This document shows positions 1 to 13,499 of a DNA stretch of 64,000 bases, piece by piece; position 1 is the stretch's first letter; the number at the start of each line of letters is the position of its first letter. Source of the stretch: Octopus sinensis. Its lineage: Eukaryota. The notes under the pieces were generated by a model. That model ran no database searches, was not told the DNA's origin, and saw nothing but the letters and a program-made list of their open reading frames with translations. The translations under genes and the position numbers were made by a program. The stretch covers positions 48,546,001 to 48,610,000 of the forward strand of contig NC_042997.1 in NCBI RefSeq assembly GCF_006345805.1, in the 5' to 3' direction.

Positions 1-1432
1 GCGAACCTAATAATGGGTTATTTTGAATTCACCTTATATGAAGTATCACTTCAGAAATATGGTTACCCATTTTACCTCTACATAAGAGAAAATTGGAAGC
101 GATACCTGGATGTCTGCTTTATCATCTGGAAGGAGAAGATCGACAAACTTAACTGACATTTATTATAAACCAACTGACTCAAAACCATATCTTCTTTTTA
201 ACTCATGCCACCCGAAACATAAAAATAAACATTCCTTTTAACTTAGCAAAAAGGATCTGCACAATAGTGTCTTAAAGAACAACTCGGGACCTTCGTCTTC
301 AAGACCTCAAAACAACACTTATTGAAAGACAATATCCACCCTCTCTTATCGACGAGGGAATTAAATGTGCCAAACAATTAGACGCAAAAACACTAAGAAC
401 AAAAAACATAGCACCACACCTCAAACCATAACATTACTTTTTATATCAACACACAACCCCAGAAACAGTGAGGCATTCAACACTAATGTGCAAACTCTCC
501 CTTTACTAACTAGAGATCCAAAAAATGAACGACATCCTGAAAAAACACAAACTCATCAAATGCAAAAAACAAGACAAATCGCTAAAGAGACTACTAACAA
601 ACGCGAAGCTTTACAAAACAACCACGAAACCAACGGTTGAAAAATGTGGACGCCCGAACTGTGGCACCTGCCCCAACCTGCTTGAAGGCTCGGATTTCCT
701 TTTCAAACAAGGACAGAGGTTCACAATTAAAACTAATTTCACCTGTGCCTCTGAAAACCTAATTAATGTAATAACCTGCTCGGGTTGCAGTCATCAGTAC
801 ATTGGACAAACGAGTTTAAATTTGAGGAAGAGAATCACTCTGCATAAAGAACAAATCCGTTTCCCGCAATACCGACAAATTCCTCTTAGTGAACACATAG
901 AAAAATGTGGAGGTATCATCAAACTAAATTTTACAGTTTTCCCTTTCTACCAGTGCAAAGACACAATCTCTCAACTAGAACGCTTAAATAAAGAAACATT
1001 TGTCATTGAAAAATTTTAAAAAACGCGTCTTCATATGCACGCATAACTAACTTTTATATTTTTACATATTACATCACTGTACATAAATCCCCTACTGTCT
1101 CCTTTCTGTACACGTATTTATTCCCCACCCAAAACCTAAACAGTTATCTCCCTTACACACAACAATAACAATAATAACAACCAATTACCTCTCTATACTT
1201 GTCACCTTGTAAAATCATTCACTCATGAATTTCATTACAAACAACATGGACCAAATTTCTTCTTAAGAAAAAATATATATTCATATAAATTAAACATTAT
1301 ATCATGAATAGCGATTGCGAAAACGGTCGATACATTAAAAATTATATTATAACCATGTAAGTGTGCACATTTTCCTTTTTTAATTTCTTATATACATTAC
1401 AATCTACCACGTGGGGACAACTGAAATTCGTC
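1..1432 (+). mobile_element. Penelope-like retroelement, 3' part (RT end + GIY-YIG endonuclease + 3' region), disrupted
   Basis: WKRYLDVCFIIW RT motif from position 94; NIPFNLAKRICTIVS thumb region; ORF 525-1019 has C-x4-C-x2-C, VITCSGCSHQYIGQT (GIY-YIG-like), H...FPFYQ...E motifs; runs off the window start; followed by (TA)n. Confidence 0.9.
1300..1332 (+). ncRNA. Degenerate type I hammerhead ribozyme relic
   Basis: tatc-ATGA-ata-GC-gatt-GC-GAAA-acg-GTC-gata: stem I TATC/GATA, GAAA and GUC site present, but CUG of the CUGAUGA box is missing; lies in the Penelope 3' region. Confidence 0.45.
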
Positions 1433-1449
1433 TTTTCTTTTTCTGTTCC

Positions 1450-1513
<64 letters not shown>

Positions 1514-1518
<5 letters not shown>

Positions 1519-2214
1519 CGCATATTTGCCATTTGAATATGGATAACCCCTAAGGATGGATGCTACTGTAGTTTGTTGCCCCAGGAAGATACCTCCTCCA
1601 GCTGGCTATAGACACACTTTCTGTGTCCTATCAGTATTTGTGAAGGGAAGTCATCCTTCCCGTCTTCAACTTATGATACACACGGACTCGAGATTCAAGG
1701 TACTTACCTATCATCGGCGTGTGACAATCATAGTTGTCGATTAGAATTCAGTTTCCCTCACAAATACATATACTTTTTCCTGTGTCGATTGACACTGATA
1801 TTGAAAAAGTGAAATCAAACAATGATAAATCTCAGAGCGAGTTATAAACAGTACCGGTAACACATCGTGACGCATATTTGCCATTTGAATATGGCTAACC
1901 CCTAAGGGTGGATGCTACTGTAGTTTGTAGCCCCAGGAAGATACCTCCTCCAGCTGGCTATAGACACACTTTCGTCGACAACTATGATTGAAACTCGAGT
2001 CCGTGTGTATCATAAGTTGAAGACGGGAATGATGACTTCCCTTCACAAATACTGATAGGGCACAGAAAGTGTGTCTATAGCCAGCTGGAGGAGGTATCTT
2101 CCTGGGGCTACAAACTACAGTAACATCCACCCTTAGGGGTTAGCCATATTCAAATGGCAAATACGCGTCACGATGTGTTACCGCTACTGTTTATAACTCG
2201 CTCTGAGATTTATC

Positions 2215-2218
<4 letters not shown>
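1514..2218. repeat. Unclassified ~352-bp unit present as ~1.3 direct copies plus an inverted partial copy, between two (TA)n tracts
   Basis: 1515-1620 repeated at 1867-1973; ~2066-2218 is the near-perfect reverse complement of ~1820-1973; ~1975-2065 is the reverse complement of ~1620-1740 with a ~29-nt deletion. Confidence 0.85.
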
Positions 2219-2265
<47 letters not shown>

Positions 2266-2628
2266 GCACACACATATATATATGTATGTATGTTTCAATA
2301 TACATATATATGTAAATATCGAAAATGAGATTGAGTGCTCAATCCCGCATTGGTGGGTAAGATTTCTTTATTTGTCTATTGACACTACCAATGTTTTCAT
2401 GTTAATAAAAATGTTTTAATATCTTAATTTTTGAAGCGCATCACAAGGAGGTGCGGTGTTCGTCTGCACTTTGGATATACATACATACATACATACATAC
2501 AAAATTCTTCAGACATATTGACTCAAATATATATTTTTTAACCTTTTAAAACAAGCCTTCTGTAGTTTCCTCACTTTTTACTATTTTCTATATATTCAAC
2601 CACGTGCTTTCACAAACCAACTTTCTCA

Positions 2629-2667
<39 letters not shown>

Positions 2668-2680
2668 GGTTTTGTTTTGG

Positions 2681-3441
2681 AATTAATTAAGCTTGGAAAC
2701 AACTTGTAGAATCTTTATTGGATTTGTATTAAAAGAGCGTCTTCGCCTATATTTTCTTCCTTTCCTTATAAATTATTTATTGAATATACCAATATTGAAA
2801 TGATAGTTTTTATATATTCTTTACTTGGACTGAACCAGCGAAGTTGGATGTTTAACATTCGTTTCAAGGATTCTGGTCCTACATTACAATTGCTTCGCTA
2901 CTGCGGTAGTCCTGTGTCATTTGTTCAACCTGATAGAAAGGAAAAAAGTGAAATTAATAATATTTTAGCAGCTAGAAGTTTCGTCATTGTATTTGAGAAT
3001 AAGTTTTGTGCTAGAATGGATAGTTTCGAGGGTTTTGATATTCCTATCGGAGCGGCGAATTCCGCTCAAGTTACGGTTATAGTAGGTATTTACATTGTGT
3101 TTAAGCCAGAGAGTGAGTTCCGTTAGGAGTGTTTCTGATATGAAATTGAATCTGTATAGAAAGAAGAGTCACTGCTTTTTTAGAGTTTTACTTTCGAGTT
3201 TATATTTTCGTTTGAAATCATCATATTATTAACTTTGAATTATGGTATTAATTATGTCTTAGTGGATAATATATACATTGGTTTTTAATTTTTTTCTACT
3301 CTTTTGATTAGCTAACTCTGTAATTCTTAGTAGTTTTGCTTGAGAATTAATTAGGTTTGAAAACAACTTGTATAATATTTATTGAATTTGTATTAACTTT
3401 GTGTTAAAAGATCGTCTACGCTTATATTTTTTCCTTTCCTT
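2681..3441 (-). mobile_element. Degraded Penelope-like 3' fragment with ~90-bp terminal direct repeats
   Basis: Direct repeats 2681-2767 and 3345-3441; minus-strand translation FHFFPFYQVEQMTQDYRSSE resembles the FTVFPFYQ C-terminus of the element at 525-1019; (TA)n on both sides. Confidence 0.6.
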
Positions 3442-3507
3442 CTACTTTATATATATATATATATACATACACACACACATATATATATATATGTATGAAT
3501 GTATGTA

Positions 3508-3552
<45 letters not shown>

Positions 3553-3722
3553 AGAGACAAAACCTCTATTAAGAAATTCAATTAATAATGGAAGATTATC
3601 TATAATAAATCATATAGAAAGAATGTAAATATATTATAAGAAATATTATTCTAAAAATCACTAAATTAAATAAACATTAAATTAACTACGCGCAATAATA
3701 TATATATATATATATAATATAT

Positions 3723-3764
<42 letters not shown>

Positions 3765-5990
3765 ATATATAATATATATATATTCACATGCGCTGTAATC
3801 AATAAAAGACTATACAGTGTTGCAAAGGTGGGGATAACAAGAATGCTGAGCAAACAAGCTACAATAAGTATCACAATGGTATGTGATCCTAGTTTTCTAG
3901 ATTCTTCTCCCACTTCATTGTGTTTTTCATCGTGAAAATCTGTCAGCTAGATACTTCAGGTATGTGTATGTAAGTAAAAGTGACTTTGAGACTGTCATTT
4001 CTCTACTCGTAAATGGGGTGACCTATCAATATTTCAGAAATTTCAGCGAAGAAATGGAGATTCGAAACAAATGCATTCATCGCTCTTCTATTACAGTAAT
4101 ACGTAGATGTTAATTGATACCCCACATTTAATAGCTGAGCTTGTGAATCTCCTAGAAATAGTTTTATTTGTGGGGAGGGTTAATAGAATAACCAAGCGTC
4201 AACTAGAAAATGATGCATGTTTACATGTCCCTTACTGACATAATGCATCCTCTCCGAACAGGCAACTTGTAACATTTTTGGACAATGTTTATCTTTTAGA
4301 AAAAAAAATGAAAGAATATCAGTCACACTTGCGATCTCAGTAGGAGAATAAATTCATTCGCTCATAAGATTAGAAACTCAGAGAGTACAAATTTAATTTA
4401 CAAGTATGACTTCATAATTTTCTAATCAGTTTCGGTTACCCTCTAGAGAGTGAAGCCGTTATTTACCTTTCTCTTAAATATATTTATGCTTAACATAATC
4501 ATTGTTTGATTGTATAAGTTTCAGTACTGCAATTACAGAAAAAATGTATTTTGGAAATGAACAAATGAAACTTCAAAGTCTGGTTCCCCAAACTATTCAG
4601 AAGTGCTAGTATACAAGTGAGTTCTGAAAACAACCACCAGAAAGAAAATATCCCTCACCAAGCGTAATTTTCAGGGCAGCATATTGCCGTGAAACACAAT
4701 AATTTGTAAAACAGTTTGTGAAATCCGAATCGTAGAGCAAATCTTACAAATAAATCCTCACTAAAGCTAAATGATACAGTCTTGACAACATGTTGATGTA
4801 TTGTCTATGAAACATAAATCACATGGAGACCAATAACTCTAATATAAGTAAACAGCGATGTAGATGATGGTAATCGAAGTATACACATTTAGCCAGAGTA
4901 GTATAAGACTGTAATTTTGCAAAATGGCGTATGTGGCAAATATGTAATTTATTGATTTTCGGTTTTACATATTTAAATCTTGTTTGACCAAATATTATTT
5001 AAGCCGAATAAATACATGATACTTCTTTTTATGCATAGCTTTAGCAGTTTATTTTTGATACAACAAAGTAAATTTGCATATTGTTCTTTAATAGCTCCGT
5101 TCCTCATTACGGTATTAGATAAACCCAATATTGATAATACAATCTTGTACCAAAGATTTTGTAAACACTTGGCATATGAGTTTGAGGCTCTTTAAAACAT
5201 ACACAATTTGCATAAATAAATATTATCTGACACATTTGGTTTTTAAAATTCGTACACCATGATTTGTCATGAAATGTGTATTTAACAATAAAAACGTGAG
5301 TAAATTTCGTCCAAATGTTTGTGGCTATCACACATCTGAATTTATACAATGTGGTTTTTCTATCAAGTGTGTTTTGCTATCCATGATATATATACTTACT
5401 AGTCCGTTACTTTTCGCCTGTGTATTCACATGCTATGAGCAACAATTTGCCTTACGTACAACCGACTTCCTAATAAAAGATCTTTTTTGGGGATATCAAA
5501 AGAAGTCAATTGGTACATTATGTAAAGATGAAACGGATATTCATGTTCTGTTTTGTGCTTGTTTTTTTTTAGGTTGTTGCTAGAATATATACTCTCCCTT
5601 TCTCTCTTTCCCATTTCCCTTTTTCTTTCTTCCTCTATCTTTCTTTCTCTCTCTCCCTGTCTATCCTTCCCCCTCTCTCTCTCTTTCACTTTCCTGTCGC
5701 GGTCAATTCTCTTTGTTTCTCATTGAATCTGAATTCTTTTTTTGTCATTTCCTATCAATGAATGTCCGTATGCGTGTATTAATATGTGTATAGTTATATG
5801 TGCGTATACGTACATGTCTGTATGCATTTTTGTTTCCCTTTTATTTTATAATTTTCCTACTAAGTGACCCCTTCCAAAATATACCAAATATGATTCTCTG
5901 TGAATAGCCTACTACTCTATTTAGAGGTGTATTAACAAATACACTTTGACCTATTTAAATTATACTAACACACACGAAGATGTCTGGGTC

Positions 5991-6052
<62 letters not shown>

Positions 6053-6076
6053 GCACATACATACATATACGCACAA

Positions 6077-6107
<31 letters not shown>

Positions 6108-6439
6108 AGGCTTAATGCAACTTTTAGTTTGTTCCTCATAATTTAGAACATAAAGGATTTTTGCTAGCACAAAACCTATATACAGTAAGATTTAAACATG
6201 TATAAAAAAATAATCAACATTATTTTCAAAAGTTGAACGAGTTTATTTCTCCACACTAGAATACCCAACTTTAACAATAGTTAATAAATTTTAGGTGATG
6301 AGTATAATAGACGTAATCGACCAGATGTTTTAACTGCTCTTTCTTTTATCTTCAACACAAGGGTAACATATCCAATTTTAAATACTACCGAAACGCGGAA
6401 CTAAACTTATTCCGATTCCACAGTAACAGGGATACATAA

Positions 6440-8666
6440 CACTGAACAACAATGAACAGTTTTTACCACAGATAACGAAAATAAACTCTGTTTTTCATGA
6501 ACTCGTGATTCGTAAAATGGGCCATCATTAAACGGTATGTTTTTGCTAGAAAGTGGGACGTTTTCTATGAAAAAATGTTATTTTCATAGAATTTAAGCGA
6601 GTTTTCTGCAAAATGGGCTGTTATTGATAGTAAATACGTTATTTGCGTCTTTTATTAAAGGAAGAAAATCTATTTTTTAGTACAATATTTATGTTTCTTT
6701 CTCTGTATTTCATCAGGTCTACCACTCTGAGGAAAACAGCAGCAGCCTTCATGCATGGCGGGACTTTCCGTCCGTCCCCTTATATCGAGATTCCATTTCA
6801 TTTATGTCTTGGTGGAATCTCTCACAATGTTCATCGCTGTCGTCTATTGCATTCTGAGGAAATAAAGCTAGATGCGAGTGCACATAGCGAAATTTTAACG
6901 ACATATTACACCCCAATGATTTGTACAAATCAGTTAAATTTTCTACATGTACTTCATAGTTGGCTGCTCTGTGTTTCCCTAGTAGACCATTACGTACGTT
7001 TCTGAAAATTTGCCATACATCCAGTTCCGATACATTTAAGTTGTCTTCAAAATTATCGTCTATCAAAAGTTGCCCAATTTGGGGACCGACAAACACCTCT
7101 TCTTCGATTTTCGCATGGCTTAGTTTGGAGAACTTAGTTTTCAAGTACAAAAGTGGTGGCTCTTCTACATTTAAGTCTTTAAACTGTTTGATAAGGCCTA
7201 ATTTAATATGCAATGGAGACAAAATTATTTTCTCCTTAGGAACTCAAGGCCATTCACTACGGATGTAAAGCTCTTGTTGAACACGGCTGTCCTATTGACA
7301 CGAAATGCGCATGTACTTAGTAAACCCAGCCTGTAAGCCACTTGCAATTGCTACAACTTTCAGGTCTGCATAAATCAGCCATTTGTGCTCATTATATCTT
7401 ATATAACCTAATATGAACGATAAACTTTTGTATGTTTCCTTCAGAACAACAGAATGAACTACAGGAATTGATGGAAGTTCATTACCTATGTGCAGTAGCA
7501 CAGCTTTAGTACTATAACCCGAAGCGTCTATGAATAGCCTCCACTCACTAGGGCTGTAATTTAAGTCAAGCTCTTCAAAGGGTCCCAGTATGTCGTTACA
7601 ATAATACAAGGTGCCATTCATTTCAAATTTTCCTATTAAATCATGTGTACGTTTTCGAAATTTTGTAATGCTGTCATCTTGAGTTGCCAAATTTCTTTCC
7701 TGTAACCTAGAAGCCAGTACCTCGCTCTGCATTTTCGTTATTCCAAAATCCCGAACAAGATCGTTTAACTCATCCTGTGATAGGGGTTTCGGCCTGGACT
7801 GTACAGATGCAGACACATACAATTCATCTTGTTCATAATTCTCCTCTGATTCACTAGTATTGGATAAAACCATTTTTGAGGGTACCGCAGGTATCGGAAT
7901 GCTGGCCGAATGAGGTACAGGCTGAATGGCAGATTTCAGACTCGGACACACCACCGACGACGCACTCTTCGCTGTTATACCTGTTAAGAAAATAAATCAT
8001 ATTATAGCATTTCCTATATTTTAATGTATAGAATAAAAATTAAAATATTTAGATAAATATATGCGCGGTTTAATGCAAAATAAAACCAAATTTACCTTTA
8101 ACGTCTGCAAGACAGAAATAGCAGTCAGAATGGTGGTCTTGTGGTTCACGCCAAGTCATTGGAATGCCAAGCGGCATACTTCTTGACTTTCTCAAAGGCC
8201 ATTTTGGAAGACCATTGGTACATGTTGTGCAACAGATATGTGGTGCACAACTTTTATCTTGGTCTCCTATCTTAAGACCAAAATATAAGTAATACTGTTT
8301 TGTTTTGTCTTTACCAACGGCGTAATGTTTCTTGCATTCTTCTTGTATGTCACAGCGCCACAGATATATCAAAATTTGTATGGGTGATTTCTACACTGCC
8401 ATCTTGGCATTTTCATGCAATTTTTATTGTAATTAAAGAACTAATTAAATATTTCTAGGTATTTTATATTGTTTTCTCTGAAAATCTGGAAAAAAAAAAC
8501 AAATTAAATTATATAAATACCCTCATATTAAAAAGCCCAATTACCATAAACTAAAGTGATTCTGTGAGAAACAGCTACCATTTTTATGGTCTACGCATAA
8601 AGCTACCCTAGAGAACGCTAGTCTCATCTCTGTAGTCGAAATAATGTTCGTTTTTGTTGTACAGTG
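6440..8666 (-). mobile_element. Full-length Chapaev3-type (CMC superfamily) DNA transposon with inactivated transposase
   Basis: TIRs CACTGAACAACAA (6440) and CACTGTACAACAA (reverse complement ending 8666); TAA TSD at 6437-6439 and 8667-8669; transposase motifs C-x-N-HP-x2-F-*-YICG, YFGLKIGDQDK, WREP-x2-HHSDCYFC, WRLFIDAS, ADLKV, PLHIKLGLIKQF, VFVGPQI, SDEHCERFHQDI. Family name assigned from recalled motifs, not a database search. Confidence 0.85.
6749..8410 (-). pseudogene. Chapaev3-type transposase pseudogene, two exons
   Basis: ATG at 8410; GT-AG phase-1 intron 8095-7981 (115 nt) joins DCYFCLADVK-G to ITAKSASSVVCPSL in frame; several stops and frameshifts. Confidence 0.85.
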
Positions 8667-10041
8667 TAATTTAATCATCCGAATATTAATATCCATTTGG
8701 GAATGTCGGTATATTGCCAAATATTCTCGTAGACAGGGGCACAAGCTTCCATAAATATGGAAATTTTATCCACTATGTATAGCATACGATTGGTATGAAT
8801 ATTAAACATAAATGAATTCGAATTTCTCTCTAGAATTATATCAGTTTGGATTAAATCCACTGCTATGAAGTAACACTTGTCTAAATATTAAGTGAGAACA
8901 TCTACAGTAATAATATAATTTAAAGGCAACACTGAAATCCTCTAACTTTAAATCATGGCCTGTAACTATATATATAAATCCATTATAAGCGAGAGAAGCA
9001 ATATTAGATTAAAATAGCCCTCTGTGTATCATAGTTAATGTGAATCCCAAGTAAATTTACTGCACTATTTATCCGGAGATAAGATTACTTATAAATATGA
9101 AATTTGAATATAAATATATAGTTGTTAAATATATAAATTCGCAGACACACAAATGCATCACTTAGAATACCCCCTCGTTATTTGCTCAGAGTTTCCGCGT
9201 TCTGTGTTCAAACTTCGCCGAGATTAAGCTTCGCTTGTTATCTTATAGGAGTCGATAAAATAATATTAATCCGGCGTAGTTTGTTACTGGTCCGATTGTG
9301 GGTCGGACACGGTGATTTTCGGAATATGTTCCGACTCGTTACACTCTCACAGATACAGCCACGTCGTCACTAATTCCGAGAAGTATCAGCCTAAGCCTTT
9401 TCTAAGCCTTTCCTTTAAATAAACACTTGTCTCTTACAGTGATGAGAATAACGTTTTCTGGAGTAGTTTTACGCGGAGATCACGAAAATACCACTGTTTC
9501 TCACAGAATGACTCCACTGTATGGAAATTTGGCTTTTTATGTTACCTTCATTAAAGTATGACGTTAACTATTCGTACCAATAATAAGCTATACATAGTGG
9601 ATAAAATTTCCATACTTATGGAAATTTGTGCCTCTGTTTACGACAAGACGTTAGTCTTCCCAAAATATTTTCACGGTAAATCCTGAACGACGGACGCTCT
9701 GTGTGAATCATTACATGAATTTTATTGTGTAGCATCGTTTTGAGTTTCTTTTCTTCTCGGTGTATCAAATGAGATATTATAAATTTGTCTATACTGAATG
9801 TGCGAACTTTAGATGCTATGGGGATATAAAGGCAACATTCAAAATCCCATCTTCAGGTAACGCACTTAGGTCAATTCAGCCTGTAAAATCAATTTAAGTT
9901 GAAATTAAAATATTTGCGCTAGTACAAATTTCCCCTCTCTCTTTCTCTCTCTCTCTCACTCTCTCTCACTTTATCTCTCAATCTCTGTCTCTCTTTCCCC
10001 TCGGTATGCATATATATATATAGAGAGAGAGAGAGAAAGAA

Positions 10042-10126
<85 letters not shown>

Positions 10127-10239
10127 CAGATAGATAGATAGATAGATGATAGATAGATAGATAGATATAGATATATATCCATGTATTTTTGTATGTATCT
10201 CTCTATCTATATATGTGTGTGTGTGTGTGTTTATGTATG

Positions 10240-10270
<31 letters not shown>

Positions 10271-10723
10271 ACACATATATATGTACGTATATTTTTGTAT
10301 CTATATATGTATGTGTGTCTGCATATGTGTGTGTGCGCGTGTACGTGTGATATAACACACAGCCTCGCACATATAGCGATCCGGATAACCACGTTACAAA
10401 TTACACTGAAGGAGCTTGCCACAAACACCTGCTACCTACATCAAATGTTAATGGTATAATAACTCTTAAGGCAGTAACTGATTTCAGCATAAGATACGAG
10501 ATTTCATGAATGACAAGGGTGCAGATGTGAAGCTAGATTTTTGCCATATTCAGAAAGAAAGAGAATGTGAAATTTTGGATTTTCTTTTAAATGGCTACAA
10601 TGTCAGTTCGACGTTATAGTTATCCGATGAAAACTTTTCTCTTCAAAGCTACAGGTCTTCCTATCATTTCGATGGTGACGGTGACATCTTTTCCTTAGGG
10701 CAAGAAACAATATGAAGGCTCAT

Positions 10724-11130
10724 AGGTGCAGGAGTGGCTGTGTGATAAGTAGCTTGCTAACCAACCACATGGTTCCGGGTTCTGTCCCACTGCGTGGCAT
10801 CTTGGGCAAGTGTCTTCTGCTATAGCCTCGGGCCGACCAATGCCTTGTGAGTGGATTTGGTAGACGGAAACTGAAAGAAGCCCGTCGTATATATGTATAT
10901 GTATGTGTGTGTGATTGTATGTCTGTGTTTGTCCCCCTAGCATTGCTTGACAACCGATGCTGGTGTGTTTACGTCCCCGTCACTTAGCGGTTTGGCAAAA
11001 AAGAACGATAGAATAAGTACTGGGCTTACAAAGAATAAGTCCCTGGGTCGATTTGCTCGACTAAAGGCGGTGCTCCAGCATGGCCGCAGTCAAATGACTG
11101 AAACAAGTAAAAGAGAAAAGAGAGAGTAAA
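10724..11130 (+). mobile_element. tRNA-derived SINE, family C (internal (TG)/(TA) tract, AAAGAG tail)
   Basis: A-box-like TGGCTGTGTGA and B-box-like GGGTTCTGTCCC; homologous to copies at 20703, 33290, 54168, 62030. Confidence 0.8.
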
Positions 11131-11904
11131 GAGGTGACAAAACTTTCTCAATAACCATCCATACATATATATCATACGATCCCAGAATTCCTGATAGGAT
11201 CGTTGGGGTGGAGTTTCTCAGGCCCTGCATCCATACGCTACTATCAGAAGCAACCGTCATTAGATTTTCAGTCTATTTTCCCAAACCTGATCTACTAAAG
11301 CTATGAATATCATCGAACAATCTCTTTCTTCGTTTCTCCTAAGTCTCCTGCTGTTTTCCAAGTCTTTCCTGCACATTGTAATCACACGCCTGTAGTACCT
11401 CATCTGAATTAGTGTTGCTGAATAACATTAACTGAAAAATCTCAGACGATGACCGCGGAGAAGCAGAGATTGTCATGTCGACAATATACGGAGTGGATGT
11501 GGATCCAGAAGAGCGTCAAACTAAATGATTTTGAGGTACTTAGTTTCTTAATCTTTACTATCTGAATAGTCCCACGGAGACCACGTTCAGCTAGATACAG
11601 CTGATTTGTACTTTTAGTGAGTATGTATAACAGTGTATCTATATCACTATTTAACATTATATAAGATTTGTTTTTTTTTAAATAATAAATCAATTGGTAT
11701 TTTATTGGAACGCTAAGAAAATCTAACAAACAAAAATTAAAGCAAGTTGTTGAAAGAACCGAAGTGCAAATGCACATGCAAGTAGCTGTCATTGCTTCAA
11801 ATAATGGCGAATGTAAATTATATCACTTGTTAAGATTTCTTTCCTTTTTTATTTTTTCTCTTCTTGTTCAGCTTCCCCACTATGATCATATCCCATTCTT
11901 CTTT

Positions 11905-11957
11905 TTCTTCTTCTTCTTCTTCTTCTTCTTCTTCTTCTTCTTTTCTTCTTCTTCTTC

Positions 11958-12010
<53 letters not shown>

Positions 12011-12058
12011 GTTATTATTATTATTGTTATTGTTATTATTATTATTATTATATTATTA

Positions 12059-12089
<31 letters not shown>

Positions 12090-12212
12090 CATTATTATTA
12101 TTATTATTATTATTACTATTATTATTATTATTATTATTATCATCATCATCATCATCATCATTATTATTATTTTTATTATTATTACTATCTGGGATGATGA
12201 TGATCATCATCA
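11905..12212. repeat. Compound trinucleotide microsatellite (TTC)n(TTA)n(ATC)n
   Basis: Directly visible; source of poly-F/Y/I/L/S ORFs. Confidence 0.95.
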
Positions 12213-12648
12213 TCCCTAGCAAATTCTTCTCAACTTGTTTATGAGATTTTTGAATAAATCACCTTTAAAGGAATATAAGTAATTTACGTTAAAATAATTA
12301 CGTAATAATAATTGCGTTCCTTATGCAGCGCAATATTATCTTAAAGTAACGAAGAAGCAATTGATGTTGACGGAATTCAGGTAATAAAGAAGAATTAAAA
12401 TAAAAGGGGAGAAATCTATTAACTTTCGAAGGGTTCTCATGCCTTAGTATGCATGAACATGTGTGTGTGTATGCGCGCGCGTGTCTATGTGTATGTGTTT
12501 GCGTGTGTCTCTGTGTGCATGCATATATGTATATATGTATATAATGTGTATGTATATATATATATATGTATACATATATATATGTTTATATATATCCATA
12601 TATACATATATATATGTTTATATATATCCATATATACATATATATATG

Positions 12649-12680
<32 letters not shown>

Positions 12681-13499
12681 ATATTGCATATCGTATATAT
12701 ATATATATATACATATTAAAACATCATGCACTATTTGACATGCATACTTTATGCAGGTACTTATATTTGCATATTTGCAACGCATAAAATTTATACATAC
12801 ATGTATATCCATTCCTACTTTAGCATAATGTGCAAATAACACGGATGGCAACAATTTTGTGACAATCTTTAATGGATGTTTCTCAGTGTAGTTTTGCAAG
12901 CTGAATCTGACTATAAAATCAAATTTTCAGTATCACCTTTAGTTTTCTGGTGACGCTATGTTAGTTTTTTTTTTTTTTTTGCATTTCGCATAATCGACGT
13001 AAAGGTAAACATGGGCTAGAATAATAAATCATTTACAACTGCACGTGGCGGATGCGGTTTAGTAAGTTATATTATATAATATTAGTATAACTGACAATTC
13101 TAATATTCATGCATATGATGTATTACTATGTATACGATAAATGCAATTTCTCTATTTTTTTCCAAGAGAAGTTTCTAGTAATTTTGGCAGGAAAAATTTG
13201 TTGGAACCTCGGACCGCGTATGTAGAAATAGTTTTAGACGTCTTTAGAGGAAACTAATGTTTCTTTTTAAGCACAGAGTAAAGAACAGCTAATGTGTGTT
13301 GTACCTCCTTTATTTCAAACCGGTGTTCAAGTAGATGCTTTATTGACTGAATCAACCTAATTTATTCCTGCCGTTTAGATGATGATCTTGCTTAGAAAAT
13401 CATGTGCTATGATGATTATTCTGAATCATCATTCTGGATGTAAATGATGAATCAGGACAAAAGCGCGGCCTCAGATTTTTGTAGGAAATGCATAGCAAT

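Noticed and set aside
3686-3960. Hydrophobic minus-strand ORF (HTIVILIVACLLSILVIPTF) and plus-strand donor-like GTATGT sites
   Set aside because: Competing models on both strands, weak acceptors, no recognisable family
5230-5480. Possible C2H2 zinc-finger relic (minus strand THLIEKPHC, IHRRK)
   Set aside because: Cys/His spacing not recoverable; too degenerate to support
6710-6716. CTGATGA box on the minus strand followed by GAAA
   Set aside because: No stem II or stem III; lies at the end of the transposase region
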